DNA of 64,000 bases from Gemmatimonadota bacterium (GCA_046758745.1 JBHIAV010000009.1:1-64000); one strand, 5' to 3'; positions 51,960 through 61,888 are shown, counted from the first letter of the stretch. Made by a program: numbers and translations. The notes: generated by a model not told the origin, from the sequence alone.

Positions 51960-54098
51960 GTGGCCGTAAGCCGGGGGGATCGGCTCGAGAAGGAGCTGAC
52001 CCTATTCGACGTGTACGTCCTGGCGCTGGGACCGATGCTGAGCTCCGGCTTCTTCCTGCTGCCGGGTCTCGCGGCCGCCAAGACCGGGCCCTCGGTCCCT
52101 CTTGCCTACCTTCTGGCGAGCCTTCTCATCTTCCCCGCCATGCTCAGCAAGGCCGAGCTCTCGACCGCGATGCCGCGCGCGGGAGGCACCTACTACTTTC
52201 TGGACCGGAGCCTCGGCCCGATGATGGGGACCGTCGGGGGACTCGGGACGTGGCTCGTTCTCGTGCTGAAGAGCGCGTTCGCGCTCATCGGGATGGGGGC
52301 GTATCTGGTCCTGTTCGTTCACCTGGAGATCAGGCCGGTGGCGATCGCCCTGACGGTCGTCTTCGCGCTGGTCGCCTACATGGGATCCAGAGAGTCGAGC
52401 GGCCTGCAGCGGCTGCTGGTCGTGACCGTGCTCGGCTTCCTGGCCGCCTACTTCGTCTTCGGGATCCTCCATGTCGCCGGGCGCGGGGTCACGGCGGTGG
52501 CGGAGAACCGTTTCACCCCATTCCTCCCCTTCGGCCTCGAGGGCCTGGTCGCCACCATCGGTCTGGTCTTCATCTCGTACGCGGGGCTCACCAAAGTGGC
52601 GAGCGTGTCCGAGGAGGTCCGGGACCCGGACCGAAACATCCCATTGGGTATGTTCCTGGCCCTGGTCACGGCCACCGTCATATACGTCGCCGGCGTGTCG
52701 CTCATGGTGGCGGCGATCGATCCCGACGTCTTCCATGGCGACCTGACGCCCGTGGCGACGGCGGGAGTGGCCTTCGTCGAACGGGTGCCGCGGGCCGTGG
52801 CGCTCCCCCTGGTCGCCCTGCCCGCGATCGCCGGCCTGGCGGCCGCCGGAAACGCCGGGATGCTCGCCGCGTCCCGGTATCCGCTGGCCATGGGGCGAGA
52901 CCGGCTGATATCGACACGGTTCGCCGAGTTCAGCCGATACCGGACGCCGACTCTGGCGATCCTGGCCACGGCGGTTCTCATGGCCTTCTTCATCGCGGTG
53001 CTCGATGTGGTCAGCGTGGCCAAGCTGGCGAGCACCTTCCAGCTCCTGATCTTCGCGCTGGTGAACCTGGCGGTGATCGTGATGCGGGAGAGCGGCCTCG
53101 TCTCCTACGATCCCGGTTACCGCTCCCCACTCTACCCGTGGCTCCAGATCTTCGGGTTGCTGGCCCCCTTTCTGCTGATCGCGGTGATGGGACTGATGCC
53201 CATCCTGTTCACCCTCGGGCTCATCGCCGGCAGTCTGGCCTGGTACTTCTACTACGCGCGCGCTCGCGTTGCGCGAGATGGCGCCCTCTTCCACTGGTTC
53301 GAACGTCTCGGTCAGCGGCGTTTCGAGGGACTGGACACCGAGCTCAGGGGGATCCTGAAGGAAAAGGGGCTCCGCGCCGAGGATCCGTTCGACGAGGTTG
53401 TCGGTCGCGCGTTCGTGATTGACCTCCCCGACGCGGCCACCTTCGAGGATGCCACTCGCAGGGCGTCGGCACTCCTCGCCCAGCGGCTGGCGGCCAGCGC
53501 CGATCGGCTCGCCGAGGGCTTCCTGCACGGGACCCGCACGGGCGCGACGCCGGTGTCGCATGGGGCGGCGCTCCCGCACCTCCGCCTCGGCGACGCGGCC
53601 TCTCCGGAACTCGTCCTCGTGCGCTCGCGGGCGGGCATTGAGGTCACGGTGGGCGATCCGTTCGTCGAGGGCCGCCCGCGCGGAGCCTGCATCCACGCCC
53701 TCTTTTTCCTGGTCAGTCCGGAGGAGAAGCCAGGCCAGCACCTCCGGCTGCTGGCCGGAATCGCCGAGCGCGTGGACGATGAGGACTTCATGGAGACGTG
53801 GCTCTCCATGCGCCAGGAGTACGAGCTCAAGGAAGCGATCCTCCGCGACGAGCGATTCCTCTCTCTCAGGTTGCTGGAGGATACCTCGTCGGCCGCCCTG
53901 ATCGGCCGCACCGTGCGCGATATCGATTGGCCCAGGAACAGCCTGGTGGCCTTGATCCGACGCGACCAGGAGATCCTGGTTCCGGGAGGCGAGACCGTGC
54001 TGCGGAGGGGCGACCGTCTCAGCATCGTAGGAGATCCAGTCGGCATCCGGGAGATTCGGGAGCGGTACGGAAGCGGCTCGAGCGCCGTCGGTCGCTAA
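51960..54098 (+). CDS. APC-family amino acid permease fused to PTS EIIA(Ntr-like) and TrkA-C/RCK-C domains
   Basis: SSGFFLLPG, AELSTAMPRAGGTY, SEEVRDPDRNIP and ASRYPLAMGRD; GAALPHLR...HLRLLAGIA (EIIA); ALIRRD...PGGETVLRRGDRL (RCK-C). Confidence 0.88.
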   Translation: MAVSRGDRLEKELTLFDVYVLALGPMLSSGFFLLPGLAAAKTGPSVPLAYLLASLLIFPAMLSKAELSTAMPRAGGTYYFLDRSLGPMMGTVGGLGTWLVLVLKSAFALIGMGAYLVLFVHLEIRPVAIALTVVFALVAYMGSRESSGLQRLLVVTVLGFLAAYFVFGILHVAGRGVTAVAENRFTPFLPFGLEGLVATIGLVFISYAGLTKVASVSEEVRDPDRNIPLGMFLALVTATVIYVAGVSLMVAAIDPDVFHGDLTPVATAGVAFVERVPRAVALPLVALPAIAGLAAAGNAGMLAASRYPLAMGRDRLISTRFAEFSRYRTPTLAILATAVLMAFFIAVLDVVSVAKLASTFQLLIFALVNLAVIVMRESGLVSYDPGYRSPLYPWLQIFGLLAPFLLIAVMGLMPILFTLGLIAGSLAWYFYYARARVARDGALFHWFERLGQRRFEGLDTELRGILKEKGLRAEDPFDEVVGRAFVIDLPDAATFEDATRRASALLAQRLAASADRLAEGFLHGTRTGATPVSHGAALPHLRLGDAASPELVLVRSRAGIEVTVGDPFVEGRPRGACIHALFFLVSPEEKPGQHLRLLAGIAERVDDEDFMETWLSMRQEYELKEAILRDERFLSLRLLEDTSSAALIGRTVRDIDWPRNSLVALIRRDQEILVPGGETVLRRGDRLSIVGDPVGIREIRERYGSGSSAVGR

Positions 54099-54130
54099 AG
54101 CGACGGAGTCCGACATCGGGCAGGCGACCC

Positions 54131-56737
54131 TCAGCGCTTCTCGAGGCGTTCCCTGACCCGCGCCAGCAGCGCATCGAGCTCTCGATAACTCTCATCCATT
54201 CGGGGCAGGAGCTCGTCCGGGCGTACCCCGGAAAGTCGCTCCGCTTGCTCTTCAATGCTCCGGCAGCTCGTACGCTGCGACAGCAGAGGGCGGAATCCAG
54301 ACCGGGTGTCGCCCTCTCCCCGGACTCCGTGTAGAGGCGGTGCGGGCTGGGCATACCGCACGGCCGTGGCGAACAGCTGCTCCGCTTCCCCAAGCCTGTC
54401 CTCCTTCCATGCCAGGTAGCCCTTCAGGTAGTGGGCCGTCACGCTCCGGAAGTTGGAACGGGTGACCGCATCCAGCTGCTCGCGGGCGCTCGAAAGATCG
54501 CCACGAATCGCGGCGAGCTGCCCGAGGTGGAGGAGCGGACCCGTCTCCTCCCTGTTGATCTCCAGGGCCCGTCTGAACTCGGCTTCCGCCCGCTCGATGT
54601 CGGCGTACCTCTCCTCTTCGAAACAGGAATAAAGCACTCCGAGCTGAGAGTGCCCCCGAGAGCTGTTCGGGTCGACCTCGACCAGTCGCAGCCAGGACTG
54701 TTCGGCCTTGGCGAACTCGCCAAGCTCGAAGTACATGTTGCCCAGGTAGTAAAGGGCGTCCTGGTGCGTCTCGTTCAGCTCCAGGGCGCGCGCGTAGTTC
54801 GCCGCTGCTGCTCGTGTCTCTCCGGCCACCCGGTGCCGGGTGGCCTGGCGATACAGCTCCCAGAACCGGTGAACCCGCTCCCGCGCGTCGGTCGTCGCCG
54901 AACGATGTGCACCTGCGGGGACCCCGTCCGCCCGCTCTCTTTCCTCTGCCACCAGGACGGTCTGGTTGGCTGCGAGCGCGATCAGCAGCTGTTTCGAGCC
55001 GCTCGGCCACGCGATGGCGAGCGTGTCCACTTCCCGAAGCGACCCCAGGCCGAAATGCTCGATCGGGCTGTTCTGCGAGAGATACGAGCTCTGGGCACCC
55101 ACTTCTCGAATCTGTGCTCTGCCACCGGCGACGAGGCGCAACTTGGCGCCGAGCGCCGAGCGGTTGCTGCGTGTTCCGTGGAGCAGGACTTTCAGCCACG
55201 CGTTTCTGTTGCCGCCGTCGTTCCGCAACAGCACACCTGGACCGCCATTGTTCACGACGAAGACATCCACGTCCCCATCGTTGTCGTAATCCCCGAACGC
55301 GGCACCGCGACCCACGTACTCCTGGCCGAAATACGGACCGCTCACGGACGAGACGTCGTAGAAGCCCTCGGTTGGCCCCCGATTCCAGAAGAGCTGATCG
55401 GGCATGGGAATCAGGAGCTGAGGTCGAGCCGGGTCCTGGAAAGTGCTGCCGTTGACCACAAACAGATCCAGTCGACCGTCGTTGTCGTAGTCGATGAAGG
55501 ACGTTCCCCATCCGATGAAGTCGAGCGCGATCTGCCCCAACCCGTAGCGATCCGCCTCATCCATGAAGCGCAGCCCGCTCACCGGTGGATTATCGAGGCC
55601 GGAAAACCGGGAAAGCAGGCTGTTGAAGAGAGCATTCTCCTGCGCGATCCAGTGGGTGACGAAGATGTCTCGATCGAGATCCCCGTCCCAATCACCCACG
55701 GCGAGACCCATTGCTCCCCTATAATCCGCTACGAGGGCCGCATGGCTGACGTCCTCGAAGTATCCGTTGCCCAGATTTCGAAAGAGCGCATTGTCCGAGA
55801 CATCGTTGGCGACGTACAGGTCCGGCCAACCATCCTCGTTCAGATCCGACCACACGGCCGCCAGGCTCCTGCCCCGCCGGCCGCCCACGCCGACCCTGTC
55901 GGCCACCTCGGTGAAGGTTCCGTCAGCGTTGTTGTGAAACAGGAGGTTTCGCTCCGGCTCGAATGCCGAGGGGTTGATGCTCGCCGGAACCTCCACGTCA
56001 TACTGCAGGGACGCTTGCCCCGTCGGTCCGGGAGAGAACCGCACGTAGCCGGCGACATAGAGATCCAGGAAACCATCACGATCGTAATCACCCCAAGACG
56101 CTCCCGCCCAGAAGCCCGCCCGCCCTCCAAGGCCCGATTCCCGCGTCACGTCCGTGAAGGTGCCGTCTCCATCGTTTCGGTACAGCACGTTGTTTCCGTA
56201 GGCCGAAACGAATAGATCCGGCCAACCATCGTTGTCGTAATCGCCCCACGCCGCCGCCATTCCCAGACCACGGAAGTCCACCCCGGCCGCGGCGCTGACT
56301 TCGGTGAAGGATCCATCGCCATGGTTGTGGTACAGGACCGAGTGCGCGGGAGAGGACGCCGTTTCGTCGTCGGACAGGGTGAGAGGACCCGTCTCGTTTA
56401 CGACGAACAGGTCGAGCCAGCCGTCATTGTCGTAGTCGCCCCAGGCCGCGCCGGAGCCCATGTCCTCCGGGAGCTGGCTGGATCTGTCGCCGAAGAAGTG
56501 CCGGAAACGAATCCCGGCTTCCGCCGAGACATCCGTGAACGTCACCCGCGGGTAGTCGTCGGGAAGGGACCGCGCGAGCTCGGCACTGAGTCCCTCGACC
56601 TCTTCCCCGGGCCGATGCGTCGGCTGCCGGCGGAGCACGCTCCACACGATCGCCCCCGCCGAGCCGACGACGAAGAGCACACCCAGAGCCGCCGTGATCG
56701 CCACGGAACGTCTGCGACGAGGCAAAGAGCGGAACAT
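54131..56737 (-). CDS. CRTAC1-like FG-GAP / ASPIC-UnbV protein with C-terminal TPR repeats
   Basis: N-terminal TM helix, FTDVSAEAGI, many GDYDNDGxxDLFV loops, SNRSALGA...SYLSQN...HFGLG (ASPIC/UnbV) and TPRs. Confidence 0.9.
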   Translation of the reverse strand: MFRSLPRRRRSVAITAALGVLFVVGSAGAIVWSVLRRQPTHRPGEEVEGLSAELARSLPDDYPRVTFTDVSAEAGIRFRHFFGDRSSQLPEDMGSGAAWGDYDNDGWLDLFVVNETGPLTLSDDETASSPAHSVLYHNHGDGSFTEVSAAAGVDFRGLGMAAAWGDYDNDGWPDLFVSAYGNNVLYRNDGDGTFTDVTRESGLGGRAGFWAGASWGDYDRDGFLDLYVAGYVRFSPGPTGQASLQYDVEVPASINPSAFEPERNLLFHNNADGTFTEVADRVGVGGRRGRSLAAVWSDLNEDGWPDLYVANDVSDNALFRNLGNGYFEDVSHAALVADYRGAMGLAVGDWDGDLDRDIFVTHWIAQENALFNSLLSRFSGLDNPPVSGLRFMDEADRYGLGQIALDFIGWGTSFIDYDNDGRLDLFVVNGSTFQDPARPQLLIPMPDQLFWNRGPTEGFYDVSSVSGPYFGQEYVGRGAAFGDYDNDGDVDVFVVNNGGPGVLLRNDGGNRNAWLKVLLHGTRSNRSALGAKLRLVAGGRAQIREVGAQSSYLSQNSPIEHFGLGSLREVDTLAIAWPSGSKQLLIALAANQTVLVAEERERADGVPAGAHRSATTDARERVHRFWELYRQATRHRVAGETRAAAANYARALELNETHQDALYYLGNMYFELGEFAKAEQSWLRLVEVDPNSSRGHSQLGVLYSCFEEERYADIERAEAEFRRALEINREETGPLLHLGQLAAIRGDLSSAREQLDAVTRSNFRSVTAHYLKGYLAWKEDRLGEAEQLFATAVRYAQPAPPLHGVRGEGDTRSGFRPLLSQRTSCRSIEEQAERLSGVRPDELLPRMDESYRELDALLARVRERLEKR

Positions 56738-56745
56738 GAGGGCTG

Positions 56746-58830
56746 TTACTGCGAGGCGGAGACTACACGAACGGTCGTCTCGTCCTGCGAGAGGACGGTG
56801 ACGGGAGCCGTGAGCCCGGAGTCCGCACCGAAGAGGAAGTCGATGAGAAACTGGTCGAGCTTCCGATATAGAAGCTTCGCAGAGACACGGAGTTCCGATA
56901 CATCTGATCCGCCGGGCACCTCGAGGCTGAAGTCTTCCTTCGTCGGATTCCCGCCCACCCCCTCCCCGTCGACCGAGAGGGTGGCCGGACAGGTGAAGGC
57001 GAACTCGGCCCGATCGGAGAAACCCGGGAACAGGGCTCGCCGATATCGCACGCCGACCATCTCCCAGAGATTGTGGCGGTCGATGAGGTTACCGTACTGG
57101 TCGACCGGCTCGGCCTTGAAGATGAACGACCCCGGCTCGATGAACTGCCTTTCGTCCCTGCTGCCGGACTCGAAGATCACCTGGCCCTGCTGGTCGGTCA
57201 CCACCAGCTGCACCCACGCCTGTATGATGTCCAGGGGGCCGGTGGGGAAGTCGTGGCCCACTTTGTTGTTGGTGATGGCGACCTGGATCTCTACCTTCTG
57301 CCCGGGTTTCACCTGACGCGGCACGATCAGCTCGATGGGCACGGCCGGTCCGGATCGCCACTTGTCCGCGATCTCCGGGATATCGATTTCCCCTCTCAAC
57401 CACTTCTCCGTCAGGGCAACGTGCTCCTCCCCGCCGGGTAACTCTAGGATGAGGGGCGCGAACTGGTTGGCCGCCAGGAATCGGTGGCTCCGGTGCATCC
57501 CGTCATCGGCGGAGCGATTGTAGTCGGACTCGTCTCCGCTCGCGGGATCCGCCGACTCGGCCAGCGGCATGTGGCACTCGCGACACTCGATCGTGCGCGT
57601 GGGATCACCCGGCTCGTTCCAGCGGCTCTTTCGCCAGTTGTCGAATTGATTCTGTAGCTGGACCCACCCGACCTGGTTGATCTCCTCGTCGATGAACTGC
57701 TTGTGGCATGCGGCGCAGAATTCCGGGCTCTTGAACAGCCGGTGCTGGAGGGTTTCAACGTGGAAGCGCGGATACGCACGGATCAGGAAATGGCTCACCA
57801 GCTCCGCCGCCTCTCCCTCACGCAGCTCGAACATGTAGCGTCCGGGCCGCGTGATGACATAGTTGGCGTTCCCTTTGATGTCGGTTTCCTTGATGGCGTG
57901 ACAGACGATGCAGGAGACCCCCTCCTGATATCCGGTGAGATTGGTGAGCTTGTCCGTGAAGACGTTCTTCGTTCCCGAGAACAAGGAAATCGGATCGTGA
58001 CAACCGCCACAGTAGCGGGTCGATTCGGGGCCGTTCTGCTCGGCCATCACCTTCTGCACGGCCTGGAACGCCGGATCCATGGCCGAGTAGCGATGTGCGC
58101 TGACCTTCCACTCCCGGGCGATCTCTTCGTGACAACCCGAGCTTCCGCATGCCGTGGAGCCACCCAGCGACCGGGCATCGAGAGCGCCGCCGCTGCTCGT
58201 CGTCGCCAGGCTGGGCGCGAAGGGCCGGTCGGGACCGTAGAGATAACTGTAGCCCTCGGGGAACTCATTGATCAGGGGGACGGGGTCGTATGTGTGCACG
58301 AGCAAGGCGACGGCGGCGAAGCCGGCACCCGGTACCAGAGCGGTCCGGACGCCAAACTTCCTCTGCGCCTGCAAGACAGCCTGGACCTTCTCCATCCGGC
58401 GTGCCTTGTAGGCGCGCAGCGCCAGCGTGTATAGGTGCGGCAGGACGGAGGCGACCACGCCGAAGGTGGCGATGATGTGGATGAGGTCCCAGCCGTAGCT
58501 GATCCGGATGCCGAAGAGTGCCTGAAAGGTGAGCACCAGGCCGGAGACGATCGCCGCGACCGTAGCCGACGCGGCGAAGTAGCCGGTGAGCTTGACGTGA
58601 GACATCCTCATCGGGCGGTAGGCAAGCCAGTGGCGGAGCTGATACCAGGCGAACGGGACGAGGAAGACGAACCCGATTGCGGTGTGCAGAAGGACTATCA
58701 CCTGGTTCGGGACGCTGAACGGGAGCAGATAGATGGAGAGCCCGGTCAGCGTTTGGAACAGCAGGAGCCCTGCGACGAGGATCAACAGGGGGTGCCGCCA
58801 TTCGTCGGCTTTCCCGCGATACCCAGACAT
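56746..58830 (-). CDS. membrane-anchored multiheme c-type cytochrome (c554-like)
   Basis: About 5 N-terminal TM helices with His residues; CGSSGCH, CGGCH, CIVCH, CAACH and CRECH; Ig-like C-terminus with GHDFPTG. Confidence 0.88.
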   Translation of the reverse strand: MSGYRGKADEWRHPLLILVAGLLLFQTLTGLSIYLLPFSVPNQVIVLLHTAIGFVFLVPFAWYQLRHWLAYRPMRMSHVKLTGYFAASATVAAIVSGLVLTFQALFGIRISYGWDLIHIIATFGVVASVLPHLYTLALRAYKARRMEKVQAVLQAQRKFGVRTALVPGAGFAAVALLVHTYDPVPLINEFPEGYSYLYGPDRPFAPSLATTSSGGALDARSLGGSTACGSSGCHEEIAREWKVSAHRYSAMDPAFQAVQKVMAEQNGPESTRYCGGCHDPISLFSGTKNVFTDKLTNLTGYQEGVSCIVCHAIKETDIKGNANYVITRPGRYMFELREGEAAELVSHFLIRAYPRFHVETLQHRLFKSPEFCAACHKQFIDEEINQVGWVQLQNQFDNWRKSRWNEPGDPTRTIECRECHMPLAESADPASGDESDYNRSADDGMHRSHRFLAANQFAPLILELPGGEEHVALTEKWLRGEIDIPEIADKWRSGPAVPIELIVPRQVKPGQKVEIQVAITNNKVGHDFPTGPLDIIQAWVQLVVTDQQGQVIFESGSRDERQFIEPGSFIFKAEPVDQYGNLIDRHNLWEMVGVRYRRALFPGFSDRAEFAFTCPATLSVDGEGVGGNPTKEDFSLEVPGGSDVSELRVSAKLLYRKLDQFLIDFLFGADSGLTAPVTVLSQDETTVRVVSASQ

Positions 58831-58953
58831 CGACCTGTATGCTATATGCAGCTGTGGGACAGTGCGGAGCGAGCGCTTCGCCACTGCGCGGCGTACGGAC
58901 TCGCCGGGGAAAGCGAACCAGGCGGTCGCCTCGTACACTGGAGGAGGCATACG

Positions 58954-59253
58954 GTGAGCAGGAGCAACAGATCAGGTGGCTCCGCCGAGAGAAAGTGGAA
59001 GCGGTTCGGGTGGTTCCTGGCCGCGGGTGCGGCGCTCGTATTCCTGAACGAGCTGGTGCACCTGATCGGCTCGCTGAGCGGCCTCCACGAGCGACGGGAA
59101 CAGGGAGCCGTGTGGGCCATCCTCCTCATGATTCTCGCGATCGTGGTCACCGTCGGCGTGATCGGGGGCGGGCTGGCCTGGAGTATCCGACGCTCCCTGC
59201 GGGATGCCCCGGAGGAACCCCCGGGCCCGGAGGGGGAGGAAGATCCGGAATGA
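58954..59253 (+). CDS. small two-TM membrane protein
   Basis: GTG start after GGAGGAGG; two hydrophobic helices and an acidic tail. Confidence 0.6.
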   Translation: MSRSNRSGGSAERKWKRFGWFLAAGAALVFLNELVHLIGSLSGLHERREQGAVWAILLMILAIVVTVGVIGGGLAWSIRRSLRDAPEEPPGPEGEEDPE

Positions 59254-59412
59254 CGGGCGTGATTTGGGCCACGTCACAGCCTGCCGCCGATGTTGACCAC
59301 GACAGGTATCCATGAAAGCGAGCTTGCTTCAGTGGCGCGACCGACGCACCGCGCCCGATAGAAGAATAGGCACCGGGTGCATCCGTTGCTGTGGCGGATT
59401 CCCCGCTACGTC

Positions 59413-59433
59413 CTGTGGGGAGACTCCCCACAG
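59413..59433. terminator. perfect 9-bp hairpin between convergent genes
   Basis: CTGTGGGGA-GAC-TCCCCACAG; no U-tract. Confidence 0.3.
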
Positions 59434-59614
59434 CCCTGCCGGCTCCGTCATCGGGACTCAGCCGTTCCGGCCGTTCTTTCCGCCGGTTCCTCTTCGACTA
59501 GGACGGTCGAGTTCGACCGAGAGGACGGGGTGGCGGTGGGCGTCCGACCAAGACACCCCGCTCTGAGCGGACGGCGGTCGCGCCTCGCCAGGCCGGGCCC
59601 CGGCGGCATCAGGG

Positions 59615-60412
59615 CTACCGGTGCGGCTGACGAAACTCCTCGAGCCGCCTGCGGGCCTCCCGCATCTCCTCATCGGTGAAGAGCCCCTCCTGCTGCGCCA
59701 AAAGAAGCTCTTCGAGCTGCGACTCGGTGAGCAAACCAAGCTGGACGGCCAGCTTCCCGAAACGCTCGTCGGGCCGTTTCTTCTGTTCGAGCAGTACTCG
59801 GGCCACGTCGGCCGGCCCGAGCATGTTGCGGACGAGCGCTACCGTACCGAGGGCGAAGTGGCGCGGAATCGGCACGTCGCGGGGCGGATGCGGGCTGGGG
59901 GCCTCCGCCGGTGCAGCCGTACCCACGTCCGGGTCAAACCAGTGCTGCGACCTGTGAAACCAGGACCGGCGGCCTACGGGTAGAATCCTGAAGAACGCTC
60001 TGAGGCGCTTTTCCACGATGTGATGGTCTTCCTCGCGCCACCGGGCATCCCGCTGCCTGCGCCGAGCCGAAGCATCCATCAGCACCCGGTTGATGTCCGC
60101 GATCCGCTTCTGTTCCGCCAGGATGTCAGTCGGAACGCGGGCTAGGCTTTCGGCGAACTCTCCTTCATCGACGACGAAGTCCCCGGCTCGCACGGCATCA
60201 GGCCGACTCGAACCCCTGGGCTCCTCGAAGAACACCCAAAGGTTGCGGAGGTGTAGCAGCCACGACTCCACAAGGGCACGTTTCGCAAGCGCGTCCGCCG
60301 GCTTGAGCCTCTTGTGTCGATAGCGCTCCCCTATCGCCATGAACATCCAGATCTCATAGTCGACGTCTTCCGCAACCGTATGGAGCGTCTCGGTCGCAAC
60401 CACGCTTTTCAC
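59615..60412 (-). CDS. hypothetical protein with a HEPN-like helical N-terminus and tandem MshEN-like C-terminal motifs
   Basis: YEIWMF...VESWLLHLRNLWVFF...DAVRAGDF; ALGTVALVRNMLGPADVARVLLEQ and RFGKLAVQLGLLTESQLEELLLAQ. Confidence 0.65.
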   Translation of the reverse strand: MKSVVATETLHTVAEDVDYEIWMFMAIGERYRHKRLKPADALAKRALVESWLLHLRNLWVFFEEPRGSSRPDAVRAGDFVVDEGEFAESLARVPTDILAEQKRIADINRVLMDASARRRQRDARWREEDHHIVEKRLRAFFRILPVGRRSWFHRSQHWFDPDVGTAAPAEAPSPHPPRDVPIPRHFALGTVALVRNMLGPADVARVLLEQKKRPDERFGKLAVQLGLLTESQLEELLLAQQEGLFTDEEMREARRRLEEFRQPHR

Positions 60413-60559
60413 CCTGCTGCTCCGTGTGCGGGTTGGCGCAATGCGTGGAATCGGCCCTTCTACCTCTTTGGATGCCGCTCAGCTCCCGAACCCTTCAAGG
60501 CAGCTCCCCGCCCCTCCTCCCTCCACATCTTCACGAGACTGCGAATCGTCCTCTACGGC

Positions 60560-61618
60560 TCAGAGACAGGGCGCAGCGGCCGGAATACGGAGGCAGACCT
60601 TCCGCGCCTCCCTCTCCAGGAAATCCACCAGTCGCTCGAAGGGATCGAACCCCACCACGCGCCGTGCATCGGTCACGAAGTTGGAAAGGGCGTTGATGTC
60701 GTAATAGCTGACCCCGCCGTCCCGATCGTCCACCAGGAACTCGACGCCGCCCACCTCGATGTTCGCGGCCGCAGCGATTCGCTTCACGGCTGAGATCACC
60801 GCCTCCGGGGGGCGGCACGCCTCCACACGCGCAGCAAAGCCCGGCGGGACGGAGGAGGCCTCTCCCTTTGCGCGATCGGTCTCGGCGACAGCTCCCGGGC
60901 CACTCTCGACCACGGTCACCGAGCCGGCCCCGGCGACGGCTTCCGGGCCGGCGTCCGGGACCGGATGGCAGATGTCCGCCGGGCAGAGGTTGAAGCCCTC
61001 TTCGGGGGGATAGACCCTGATGGCGTAGAGAAACTCCCCGTCGAGAAGCTCGACCCGGGTGATGTAGCCTCCTCGGGCCGGAAGGAACTCCTGCACCAGC
61101 CCCGTGCGGTCCGGCCCGAGGTCCAGGCCTCCGTCGCCCGCGGCTTCCCGGAGGGACTCCACATCCTCGAAGCGGGCGATGCGGGCCCCGCTTCCACCGA
61201 TGTTCGGCTTCACCACCACCGGAAAACGCAGCCCCGACGCGGCAACGGGAGCCTCGTAGGGCGAGTTGATCACCCGGGTGCGCGGATACGGCAGGCCGAG
61301 CGAGTCGAGGAGAGCGACTTGCCTGGCCTTCGAAATCTCCACCCGGAATGCCTCGAGGCCGTTTATCACACGGACCCCCCGTCGCTCGAGATGCTCCAGA
61401 TAGGCGAGCGTGTAGAAGATCGCGTGACCGCTCCCCCTGAGATACGCGGACGGGCTCATCCGATTGAGGAGAACGGAGTAGTCGGCGTCGCCTTCCGCCG
61501 GATCGAAGCGGTGGCTCCTCGCATCGATCGGCACGTACGGCGTGCCGCGTCGATCGAGTGCCGTGAAGAGCGGCCGAAACCACTCGGAATGCTCGTAATA
61601 GATCGCGATCGGTAGCAT
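60560..61618 (-). CDS. ATP-grasp (RimK/glutathione synthase-like) ligase
   Basis: NRMSPSAYLRG, ISKARQ, FPVVVKPNIGGSGA, LVQEF, GGVEFL and YDINALSNF; ATG after AAGGTGAGG. Confidence 0.88.
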   Translation of the reverse strand: MLPIAIYYEHSEWFRPLFTALDRRGTPYVPIDARSHRFDPAEGDADYSVLLNRMSPSAYLRGSGHAIFYTLAYLEHLERRGVRVINGLEAFRVEISKARQVALLDSLGLPYPRTRVINSPYEAPVAASGLRFPVVVKPNIGGSGARIARFEDVESLREAAGDGGLDLGPDRTGLVQEFLPARGGYITRVELLDGEFLYAIRVYPPEEGFNLCPADICHPVPDAGPEAVAGAGSVTVVESGPGAVAETDRAKGEASSVPPGFAARVEACRPPEAVISAVKRIAAAANIEVGGVEFLVDDRDGGVSYYDINALSNFVTDARRVVGFDPFERLVDFLEREARKVCLRIPAAAPCL

Positions 61619-61684
61619 CTGCCTCACCTTCGAAAGCGCTTGGGAGGACGGCGCACTCGGTCCGTCATCCTCGGCACAACCCCC

Positions 61685-61712
61685 AACAAAAAACCGCTCA
61701 TTCGAGCGGTTT
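61685..61712 (-). terminator. intrinsic terminator in the leader of the ATP-grasp gene (attenuator)
   Basis: Minus strand CCGCTC-GAAT-GAGCGG followed by TTTTTTGTT; upstream AAA can extend the stem. Confidence 0.8.
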
Positions 61713-61741
61713 CGGGTCGGTGCGATCGGAACGTGTAACTT

Positions 61742-61888
61742 CTACGTGACTCCTTCGGGCCGGCTCGAAGCCGCACAGGCGCTGGGGCGACAGCAACACC
61801 AGCCACAGCAGTGGCCGCCCCGGCACCCGTCGACGGCCAGGCACAGCTGTCCCGGCCACGTCATTGCGAGCCCGTGACGGCCCATCAT
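61742..61888 (-). CDS. Cys-rich leader peptide (putative cysteine-sensing attenuator)
   Basis: GGAGG-N6-ATG; MMGRHGLAMTWPGQLCLAVDGCRGGHCCGWCCCRPSACAASSRPEGVT* has 8 Cys; stop lies about 30 nt before the terminator. Confidence 0.65.
   Translation of the reverse strand: MMGRHGLAMTWPGQLCLAVDGCRGGHCCGWCCCRPSACAASSRPEGVT

Noticed and set aside
52002-54116. Long antisense or alternative-frame ORFs (for example 52002-54116 -, 44131-46149 +, 24738-26699 +, 54431-56215 +)
   Set aside because: They shadow well-supported genes, have no family motifs, and are expected in high-GC DNA.
61742-61888. Graspetide (ATP-grasp RiPP) precursor interpretation of the Cys-rich peptide
   Set aside because: It lacks the repeated Thr/Ser/Lys plus Asp/Glu core pattern, and an intrinsic terminator separates it from the ligase, which fits attenuation better.
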